From contig DASXHF010000186.1 of the NCBI GenBank assembly GCA_036488775.1, forward strand, positions 1,246-65,245: a DNA stretch of 64,000 nucleotides, read 5' to 3'. This stretch comes from Gemmatimonadaceae bacterium (GTDB lineage: Bacteria; Gemmatimonadota; Gemmatimonadetes; Gemmatimonadales; Gemmatimonadaceae). How positions within the stretch are numbered: position 1 is the first letter of the stretch; every line of letters begins with the position of its first letter. Shown one piece after another: positions 1 to 7,201 of this stretch. The notes beneath the pieces are model-generated. The model did no database searches, was not told the origin of the DNA, and saw nothing but the letters and a program-made list of their open reading frames with translations. The position numbers and the translations under genes are program-made.

Positions 1-524
1 CCCTCGTCCGCCGGCTCGCCGAGAGTCCCGACACGCCGGAGTCGGTGCGCGAGCAGGCCATCTTCCAGCTCGGGCAGCGCCGCTCGGCCGAGAACGCCGA
101 GTTCCTGCGCGGGCTGTTCACCCGGCTGGGCAAAGGCGATCGCAACGACGAGCTGCGCAAGCGCCTGCTCTTCTCGCTGTCCCAGATGCGGGGTGTCGGG
201 AACGACCGATGGCTGCTGAGCGTGGCGCTCGACACGTCCGAGCATGAAGAGGTGCGGAAGCACGCACTCTTCTCGGCCGGCCAGGCGGGGGTCTCGGCCA
301 CGGACCTGGTGCCGTTGTACGACCGGTTCACCGATCGGGAGATCAAGGGCCAACTCATCTGGGTGCTGTCGGAGTCACGTGACCGCGCCGCGTCGGACAA
401 GCTCATCGACATCGCGCGCAACGACCGCGATCCGGAGATGCGCAAGAAGGCCATCTTCTGGCTCGGACAGAAGAACGACCCGCGTGTCCGCCAGCTCCTG
501 CTCGACATCATCAACAAGGAGTGA
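1..524 (+). CDS. HEAT-repeat protein, 5' end outside the window
   Basis: The frame is open from the window edge (pos 3) through the listed ORF 45-524. Repeated units of the type AIFQLGQ / ALFSAGQ / AIFWLGQ are spaced about 30 aa apart. The C-terminal end AIFWLGQKNDPRVRQLLLDIINKE parallels the ends of the next two genes. GC3 is high. Confidence 0.6.
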   Translation, partial: LVRRLAESPDTPESVREQAIFQLGQRRSAENAEFLRGLFTRLGKGDRNDELRKRLLFSLSQMRGVGNDRWLLSVALDTSEHEEVRKHALFSAGQAGVSATDLVPLYDRFTDREIKGQLIWVLSESRDRAASDKLIDIARNDRDPEMRKKAIFWLGQKNDPRVRQLLLDIINKE

Positions 525-528
525 TCGC

Positions 529-1614
529 GTGCATCGCATGATCCGGGTGGGTGTGCTTCCCCCGATGCTCGCGCTCGCCGGCTCCTCGCTGCATGCGCAG
601 ACGTCGCTTGCCTCGCGCATCGCACGACTTCCCGACGGAACGGCGTACGTTGAATTTGCCGCGCGTCCCGGCGTCTGTGGCGACGGGCGCGACATGGTGG
701 GCTACAACGGAGCGCTCTTCTCGCGCACGGTCGAGTCGTACCGGCAGTGGAGCGGCATGCACTGCGTGCCTGGTCCACTGCGCGTCACGCTCACCGTCGT
801 TGGAGGACGAGCGACGCACATGCACACGCAGGTCGGTGGTGATTGGATCGCGTCGGACGGCCGCGCGACCGACCTTGGCGTCGTATCAGCCTCGGAGGCG
901 TCGGCGTTCTTCTTCGATCTCGTCGGGCGGCTCGTACCCGCGGCGACACGCGACCGGCCGCTCCTTCCGGCCGTGCTCGCGGACGATCCGTCCGTCACGG
1001 CTCGTCTGGTGCCCCTGGCACGAGACACGACCCAGGTGGAGCGCACCCGTCGCGAAGCGATCCTCTGGCTCGGACTGCTCGGTGACGACCGCGCGCGTCG
1101 CGCCTTGCACGCGCTCATCGAGGACACGAACGAGTCGCAGCGAGTGCGCGCGCACGCGGCGTTCTCGCTCGGCCAGGCGAGTCGCGAGGCGCCGGAAGAA
1201 TCGAGCTATCTGCGCGCGGTCTACTCCCGCGTGGAAGGGGAACCATTGAAAGAGTCGCTGATACAGGCCGCCGCCGAGGACGACGCCGACCGCGGCCGCT
1301 GGCTGTTGGAGCGCGCCCGCGATCGGCGCGAGAGCGATCGACTGCGACGGAGCGCACTCTTCTGGGCGGGACAGCACGAGGCGACGCCGACGGCCGATCT
1401 CCTGTCCTATCTGCGCGACGAGCGGGACACGCCATTGCGCCAGCATGCCATCTTCGTGCTCTCGCAACGCAGCGACGACGCGGCGACCGATTCGCTGCTG
1501 CACATCGCGCGAGACGACCGCGATGCGCGGGTGCGATCCCGGGCGTTGTTCTGGCTGGCGCAAAAGCACGACCCCAGAGTGACGAAGCTGATCACGGACC
1601 TGCTCGAGCGGTAA
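529..1614 (+). CDS. secreted HEAT-repeat protein (paralog 2)
   Basis: GTG at 529 lies 7 nt after GGAG (518-521); ATG at 538 is an alternative start. The N-terminus (MHRMIRVGVLPPMLALAGSSLHAQ) looks like a signal peptide. There is an N-terminal module FAARPGVCGDG...C.PGP, then HEAT-like units (REAILWLG, AAFSLGQ, ALFWAGQ, HAIFVLSQ, ALFWLAQKHDPRV). The listed ORF 244-1614 is longer only because of an out-of-frame overlap with the previous gene. Confidence 0.7.
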   Translation: MHRMIRVGVLPPMLALAGSSLHAQTSLASRIARLPDGTAYVEFAARPGVCGDGRDMVGYNGALFSRTVESYRQWSGMHCVPGPLRVTLTVVGGRATHMHTQVGGDWIASDGRATDLGVVSASEASAFFFDLVGRLVPAATRDRPLLPAVLADDPSVTARLVPLARDTTQVERTRREAILWLGLLGDDRARRALHALIEDTNESQRVRAHAAFSLGQASREAPEESSYLRAVYSRVEGEPLKESLIQAAAEDDADRGRWLLERARDRRESDRLRRSALFWAGQHEATPTADLLSYLRDERDTPLRQHAIFVLSQRSDDAATDSLLHIARDDRDARVRSRALFWLAQKHDPRVTKLITDLLER

Positions 1615-1618
1615 TCCC

Positions 1619-2392
1619 ATGACACGCTTGCTGTCTCTCAGCACGTTCGTCATCGCGCTCGTCAGCGCAGACGCCCGCGGGCAGCGGCTGGCCGATCGCG
1701 TCGGCTCGGCGCGCGACGGGATCGTGAGCTTTTCCTTCGCCGCGCGTGACGGCGTGTGTGGCGACGGGGATCAGTTCATGAAGATCGGCGGCTCGTCGTT
1801 CGGCGCGTGGTCGGGGACCCGTTCCGCGCCGTGTGTCTTCGGGCCAGTGCAGGTGTCGCTGACGCTGCACGATGGCGACGTCGAGCGAATCCAGACGAGA
1901 GTCGGGCCGCCGCGCGCGCGCGGTGAAATGGACCTCGGAGCGGTGCCGGCTGCCGAAGCAGCGAGCTACCTCATGCGCGTCGCCGCTCGCGGCCGCGGCA
2001 CGGCGAGCACGAAGGCCATCCTTCCGGCGGTTCTGGCCGACAGCGCCACTGTCTGGCCTGCGTTGCTGGCCATCGCCCGCGACACGGCGACCCGCCCCCG
2101 CAGCACGCGCCAGGAAGCAGCGTTCTGGCTGTCGCGCTTCGCCGGCGGAGCGGTGCTCGGCCACCGGAATGATCCGATGGCCGAGACGGAAACCGAACCC
2201 GGCGACACCGATGACCTCAAGTCGCACGCGGTCTTCGTCCTGTCACAGCTGCCGCGCGGGGAAGGCGTTCCCTCGTTGCTCGACGTCGCGCGTACGAACC
2301 GCGATCCACACGTCCGCAGCCAGGCGCTGTTCTGGCTCGGGCAGAGTGGCGACCCGCGGGCGCTCGCCCTGTTCGAGCTCCTGCTTCAGTAG
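1619..2392 (+). CDS. secreted HEAT-repeat protein (paralog 3)
   Basis: The N-terminus MTRLLSLSTFVIALVSADARGQ looks like a signal peptide. It carries the same N-module (FAARDGVCGDG...C.FGP) and C-terminal units (EAAFWLS, HAVFVLSQ, QALFWLGQSGDPRA) as paralog 2. Confidence 0.7.
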   Translation: MTRLLSLSTFVIALVSADARGQRLADRVGSARDGIVSFSFAARDGVCGDGDQFMKIGGSSFGAWSGTRSAPCVFGPVQVSLTLHDGDVERIQTRVGPPRARGEMDLGAVPAAEAASYLMRVAARGRGTASTKAILPAVLADSATVWPALLAIARDTATRPRSTRQEAAFWLSRFAGGAVLGHRNDPMAETETEPGDTDDLKSHAVFVLSQLPRGEGVPSLLDVARTNRDPHVRSQALFWLGQSGDPRALALFELLLQ

Positions 2393-2634
2393 GTGAAGAG
2401 GTACTGACTGTGCGTTGGCTGCTGCGGAATGTGCAGCGCCGAGCCCGTCGCGGGAGTCGAGTACGACTGTATCTGCTGGAAGCGGGCGTCGAACCGGCTC
2501 AGCATGCTGTGGCTCGCCACCGACGAGCGGTCCGGGATGTACCGCCCCGTGGTGACCGCGCACCCCTGCAACAACGCCGCGACCGCCAGGGCTGCGGCAA
2601 CTCCGATCGACCGACGCACTGTTCCTTTCCTCAT
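2386..2634 (-). CDS. small putative lipoprotein
   Basis: The internal ATG at 2634 is preceded by [29 protein letters not shown] contains a lipobox-like LQGC. The gene is 82 aa with good GC3. Its 3' end overlaps the convergent HEAT gene by 7 nt. Confidence 0.5.
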   Translation of the reverse strand: MRKGTVRRSIGVAAALAVAALLQGCAVTTGRYIPDRSSVASHSMLSRFDARFQQIQSYSTPATGSALHIPQQPTHSQYLFTY

Positions 2635-2820
2635 GAGCGCACCTCGGTGGATGATTCCGGATCTCACGGTGCCGTCGCCTCGGCCTCGTCGGTAGAGGCG
2701 ACGGTCGCGCGAACACGCCCTGCGAATCTCACGCCGTCCCGGTGGATTATGCGGAATTCTCCCCGAAAGCGGAATGAGCCCTGCTGCAGGTAGACACCCG
2801 AGGTAGCCGCCCCCCTCCGT

Positions 2821-3243
2821 TCAGCCGACTCGTTCGCCGTTGATCGAGACTTTCGTCGGGCCGACTCTGAGCGTACCGGAGACACCATCCTCCGTGACGG
2901 TGAGCACGATCTCGCCTCTGCCCGCGCTGGTCGCGGTCGTCGCCCGCATCACGTCGCCTTCGAGGCGGAGATTCTCCAGCGGCATCTCCCGATCACCCGA
3001 CAGCAACACGCAGGTATAGCCGCCTTCTCCGAGACGCACGATCAGATGCATGCGTTGCGTGGTGAGCGATGGCCCGGACAAGATCACGCGATAGATCCCC
3101 GCCAACTTCGCCGACACCGCGACAACGGGCTCGCCGGCGAGCGTGACCTGCGCGTGGACGGCACGCGGCGACGCGGGAAGCGCAACCAACGCGGCGGCGA
3201 GCGTGAAAGGAACGACGGTGCGGAGCGAGGCGAAGGTGCGCAT
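2821..3243 (-). CDS. secreted hypothetical protein
   Basis: ATG at 3243 gives MRTFASLRTVVPFTLAAALVALPASPRAVHAQ, which looks like a signal peptide. The protein is 140 aa and beta-rich. The upstream 62 codons of the listed ORF have poor composition. Confidence 0.55.
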   Translation of the reverse strand: MRTFASLRTVVPFTLAAALVALPASPRAVHAQVTLAGEPVVAVSAKLAGIYRVILSGPSLTTQRMHLIVRLGEGGYTCVLLSGDREMPLENLRLEGDVMRATTATSAGRGEIVLTVTEDGVSGTLRVGPTKVSINGERVG

Positions 3244-3453
3244 GATGTCAGTCTCCCGATGAGGGTGAGGTGGACTGCGGTGGGAGAACAGCGGCGATGA
3301 ATTGCGGCGCTGTTGAACTGACAACGCGTACGAAGAAATGGTTTGCTTTGTTTCGCACGTCGTCGCGAACGAGACACGCATTCGGCGCGTGCATCGATGC
3401 AGCGATGCAACGAACAGCCAGTTCGTCACAGCCGTGAGACGAGCGTGTGACGA

Positions 3454-4593
3454 CTAGAGCGTCAAGCTCAGTTGCGACGACGGGAGCGGCTCGTCGTCGA
3501 CGCGCGCACCGGTGGACACGTCCGGCGCGGTGTCGTCGTCCTCGCTCGGATAGTAGCGATCGAACACGACGCCATATCTCGCGCAGAGTTTTCTGAAATG
3601 CGCGCGCAGCCCTTCGCGATACCGGTCGCCGGCCTGATGGCTGTGTGCATACGTGTTCCGGTAGCGCGCCGCCAACGCGGGGAATTCCTGCTCGATGAAC
3701 GGCATGTATCGGTCGCGCGCGGTGCTCATCAATCGTAGCGCACACGCACCGAGGTACGACGCGTTCGCGCGCGCGACGGCGGCGACCAACGCGTCCAGCG
3801 CGCCGACGCCGTCGGTGATGCCCGGCAGCACCGGCATCACGTTCACGCCCACCTCGATCCCCGAATCGCGGAGGCGCGCAATGGCGCGCAGCCGCGCTTC
3901 CGGCGTCGGCGCGCGCGGCTCCAGACGGCGCGCGAGCTCGCGGTCCACGGTGATGAGCGAGACGTGGATGGACAGCCGCGAGCGCTCGGCGACGCGACGT
4001 AACAGATCGAGATCGCGCGTGACGAGTGGACTCTTGGTGATGATGGTGACGCGAAGTCCGCTCTGCTCGGCCAGCACCTCGAGCACGCCGCGCGTCAAAC
4101 GGAATCGGCGCTCCGCCGGCTGATACGGGTCGGTGGCCGTACCGATGACGACGCCGTCGTCGCGTAGTCCGGCGAGCGTCTTCGGGCTGCGCAGGGCCCG
4201 CCGGGTCAGCGCGCCGGCCTCTCGCTTGACGAAGATGCGTCGCTCGAATGCGAGCCACGGTGGAAGCGCGTCACGCTCCTCGCGCAGCAGTCGCCCCGAT
4301 TCCGGCGACTCGGCGACGAGACGCTCGGCGACGTATCGGTGGGCGTAGCGCGCGTAGCAGTATGCGCAGCCGAACGCGCAGCCGATGTAGGGGTTGATCG
4401 ACCAGAATCCCATCCCGGTCGCGGCGGGGCCATTGAGGATCGAGCGAGCCGAGGCGGCGAGGTAGCGGATGTCCTTCTGCTCGCCGAGCACCGGCAAGGC
4501 GCGCCCTCCTTCTTCCGTCTGATCGAACAACGCTGGCTGCCGCATGGAAGGATGCATACCGAACAAAGACCGAAACCGCAAGAGTGGCCGCAT
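3454..4593 (-). CDS. radical SAM protein, SplB / Rv2578c-like (COG1533-type)
   Basis: CAFGCAYC is a CxxxCxxC cluster motif, located after GFWSINPYIG. Overall length and pattern fit the DNA-repair-photolyase-like radical SAM family. The start is ambiguous (ATG at 4593, 4557 or 4545). Confidence 0.7.
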   Translation of the reverse strand: MRPLLRFRSLFGMHPSMRQPALFDQTEEGGRALPVLGEQKDIRYLAASARSILNGPAATGMGFWSINPYIGCAFGCAYCYARYAHRYVAERLVAESPESGRLLREERDALPPWLAFERRIFVKREAGALTRRALRSPKTLAGLRDDGVVIGTATDPYQPAERRFRLTRGVLEVLAEQSGLRVTIITKSPLVTRDLDLLRRVAERSRLSIHVSLITVDRELARRLEPRAPTPEARLRAIARLRDSGIEVGVNVMPVLPGITDGVGALDALVAAVARANASYLGACALRLMSTARDRYMPFIEQEFPALAARYRNTYAHSHQAGDRYREGLRAHFRKLCARYGVVFDRYYPSEDDDTAPDVSTGARVDDEPLPSSQLSLTL

Positions 4594-4649
4594 GACCGGG
4601 CCGGGACTGCGGTCTACATTCAGGCCGTGCGCTCCTTCGCATCGGACTC

Positions 4650-6245
4650 ATGACGCCGCGCGCCGGCCTTCTCGACCGCGCGGCGCTTCGCGTGCTGCAG
4701 ACGGGCGCCGTCGCTGTCGTGCTCGCGGCCGCCCCGCTCAAGGCGTTCGACCTCGACCGCTTCTTCGTCCCCAAGGAGCTCGTCCTGCACGTGACCGCCG
4801 TGCTGGCTACGACGCTCCTCCTCGTGCGGGCTCGGCGGTTCGCGCTGGGTCGAGCCGATCAGCTCGTCGGCCTATTCCTGTTGTTGAGCACAGCGTCGGC
4901 GCTGTTCGCCACCAACTGGTGGTGGGCTGGCCGGGCCCTCGCGGTCTCGCTGTCGGGTGCGGCGTGCTTCTGGTGCGCGCGCGCGCTCACACGCGCCGGC
5001 TTCGGCCGCGACCTGTTGTCGGGGCTGGCGCTGGCCGGGGTGATTGGCGGGTTGACGGCGTTGCTGCAGGCGTACGGCGTTCGCACCGAGTACGTGAGCC
5101 TCAATCGCGCGCCGGGCGGGACCTTCGGCAACCGCAACTTCGTCGCGCACATCTGCGCGATCGCCATCCCCGCACTCGTATATGTCGCCACGACGGCACC
5201 AACGCGGCGGAGCTTCATCGGATGGGCCTTCGGCACGGCGCTCGTGAGTGCGGCACTCATCCTGTCGCGCAGCCGAGCGGCATGGCTGGCACTGCTCATC
5301 GGCGCGGTGATCCTGGTGCCATGCGTCTTCATGGCGCTCACGCGCGGCCGTGGAACGCTGCGACTGCGCCGGCTGCTCGCCCTGCCGGTTGCCGCCGTAC
5401 TCGGCGGATACGCCGCGCTCGTGCTCCCGAACACGCTCGATTGGCGCAGCGATTCTCCCTACATGGACACGGCACGCAGCGTCGTGAACTACAAGCAGGG
5501 GAGTGGACACGGACGTCTCGTCCAGTACAAGAACTCGCTGCGCATGACGCTGCGCCATCCTCTGTTCGGCGTCGGACCTGGCAACTGGGCAGTCGTGTAC
5601 CCGCGCTACGCGTCGAGCGACGATCCCTCTCTCGCCGACGATGGGACGACAGCCAATCCCTGGCCGAGCAGCGATTGGGTGGCGTTCCTGTCGGAGCGCG
5701 GGCTGCCGGCGTTCGTCGTGCTCGCGCTCGCGATGCTCGCCCTCGCGGTGGACGCCATACGCGCCGTGCGTGGCGCGCGGACGCCCGAAGAGCGTCTCGG
5801 CGCGTGCGCGCTCCTGGCAACGATCGCGATCGTGCTCGTCGTGGGCGCGTTCGACGCGGTGCTGCTGCTCCCTGCACCGGCGCTCATCGCGTGGTCGCTG
5901 ATCGGCGCGCTGTCCGCGCCGTCGCGCGAGCGCGCGGCGATCGATCTCCCCTGGATCCTACGCCCGGTCGTGATCGCGGCAGCGGCGATGATCGGCGCGC
6001 TCGCCGTGCTGCACAGCTATTCCCAGCTCTCGGCGATGTCGCTCTTCAACAACGGGACGCGCGCGACGCAGCTCGAGCGTGCGTCGACGCTCGATCCGGG
6101 GAGCTATCGCATCCACGTGCGGCTCGCGCAGAGCTACCTGCTTCGCGGCAACTGCGGGCGCGCGCGCGCGCATGCGCAAGCGGCGCACGCGCTACTGCCG
6201 AACGCGGACAAGCCGAGGCGGCTGCTCGACGAGTGCCGGCGCTGA
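4650..6245 (+). CDS. O-antigen ligase (Wzy_C)-like polytopic membrane protein with a C-terminal TPR-like tail
   Basis: There are about 10 or more hydrophobic segments. The motif LSRSRAAWLALLIGAV is typical of O-antigen ligase-like proteins. The C-terminus RLAQSYLLRGNCGRARAHAQAAHALLP is TPR-like. Confidence 0.6.
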   Translation: MTPRAGLLDRAALRVLQTGAVAVVLAAAPLKAFDLDRFFVPKELVLHVTAVLATTLLLVRARRFALGRADQLVGLFLLLSTASALFATNWWWAGRALAVSLSGAACFWCARALTRAGFGRDLLSGLALAGVIGGLTALLQAYGVRTEYVSLNRAPGGTFGNRNFVAHICAIAIPALVYVATTAPTRRSFIGWAFGTALVSAALILSRSRAAWLALLIGAVILVPCVFMALTRGRGTLRLRRLLALPVAAVLGGYAALVLPNTLDWRSDSPYMDTARSVVNYKQGSGHGRLVQYKNSLRMTLRHPLFGVGPGNWAVVYPRYASSDDPSLADDGTTANPWPSSDWVAFLSERGLPAFVVLALAMLALAVDAIRAVRGARTPEERLGACALLATIAIVLVVGAFDAVLLLPAPALIAWSLIGALSAPSRERAAIDLPWILRPVVIAAAAMIGALAVLHSYSQLSAMSLFNNGTRATQLERASTLDPGSYRIHVRLAQSYLLRGNCGRARAHAQAAHALLPNADKPRRLLDECRR

Positions 6246-6251
6246 GGCGGC

Positions 6252-7085
6252 TCAGCGGTGCGCGCCGGCCACCGCGGCCGTCGTCATGACGCTGGCCGGC
6301 CAGAGAAGAACCTCCCCGCTCGACATCGTCCATATGCTGGGCGTGGCCGGTTGCGGCAACATCACCACGCTGGGCGTGGTCGGCTGCTGGCGCGCGACGA
6401 CCACGCTCGGCGCGGTCGACTGTCGCGCGACGACCAACCCGTGCGTCAGGTCGGGCAGCCGCACGCGTGCCCCAGGCGCGGCGAGCACCGCGACGTGCAG
6501 GTGCACGGGGTGGTGCTCCTCCGTCGCCTCGACGATCCCTTGGGCCTCCAGGTCCGCGAGCGCGCCACGCACCCACTGAAGGCAGGGGCCCGGCGGCGGA
6601 CGACGGATGTCGACGGCGATCCCCGTGGGATGCACGGAGTGCGGATTCGCGTTGCGGGGCTGCCGGCTCAGCGGCCGCGCGGCGCTGGTGACGGTGAGCG
6701 GCGTGCCGCACGCCGCGAGGTACTGCGGCGCAAAGAGCGTGACGAACTCCTTCGCCTCGCGCGTGGCGTACGAGAATCCGACGCCGCGCGTCAGCTCGTA
6801 CGTCGAGTCGCCGGGCAGCGAGACGAGCCGGCCCTGCGCCACCGCCTGATCGACGTTGGTCGGCGTGAGGTAGAAGGGGTAGTGATATCGCAGCGCGAAG
6901 TCGTACATCTTCTCGACGCTCGCCTTGGAGCCGTGCAGCGAGGCTGGCTCGGCGTTGCCGCGCTGCGCGGAGGCGTGGGCGACGGGAGAGCCGAGCGCGA
7001 CAGCGACAGCGAGCGCCAGCGCGGTGCGCCGGACCCGCGGCGACGGCTCGGCGAGCGAAGACATGTTGGTGAGCTGCATCATCAT
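6252..7085 (-). CDS. secreted LAS-fold (VanY/M15-like) zinc peptidase-like protein
   Basis: Three ATG codons (MMM) lie at 7085-7077. TALALAVAVALGSPVAHASAQ looks like a signal peptide. SVHPTGIAVD is an H-x6-D motif and HHPVHLHV is an HxH motif, as in LAS metallopeptidases. The C-terminus carries 11-12 aa tandem repeats (VVARQSTAPS / VVVARQQPTTPS / VVMLPQPATPS). Confidence 0.5.
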   Translation of the reverse strand: MMMQLTNMSSLAEPSPRVRRTALALAVAVALGSPVAHASAQRGNAEPASLHGSKASVEKMYDFALRYHYPFYLTPTNVDQAVAQGRLVSLPGDSTYELTRGVGFSYATREAKEFVTLFAPQYLAACGTPLTVTSAARPLSRQPRNANPHSVHPTGIAVDIRRPPPGPCLQWVRGALADLEAQGIVEATEEHHPVHLHVAVLAAPGARVRLPDLTHGLVVARQSTAPSVVVARQQPTTPSVVMLPQPATPSIWTMSSGEVLLWPASVMTTAAVAGAHR

Positions 7086-7201
7086 GCCCACTGAATAGGC
7101 AGGGCTGATGCCAGCGAGCCGGCGCCTTACACGCTGATGCGCCGAGCCCGCCTTCGATCCTTGATCCAATCCGCCATCACCGTCTCACGGTCGCGCCGTG
7201 C

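Noticed and set aside
244-1614. A single 456-aa ORF spanning the junction of HEAT genes 1 and 2, which could be read as a fusion or frameshift.
   Set aside because: The first 95 or so codons overlap gene 1 in another frame and are Arg/Ser-rich nonsense. A GTG at 529 with a well-spaced GGAG and a signal-peptide-like sequence gives a clean start.
3390-3401. A perfect 12-bp palindrome TGCATCGATGCA in the AT-richer region upstream of the secreted-protein gene, which could be an operator.
   Set aside because: It is a single occurrence with no adjacent regulator gene. I cannot distinguish it from chance with the information available.
6300-6430. Tandem DNA repeats that could be mistaken for a CRISPR-like or VNTR locus. 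This also applies to 46320-46500.
   Set aside because: Both sets lie inside well-supported coding frames and translate into in-frame peptide repeats. There is no repeat-spacer architecture and there are no cas genes.
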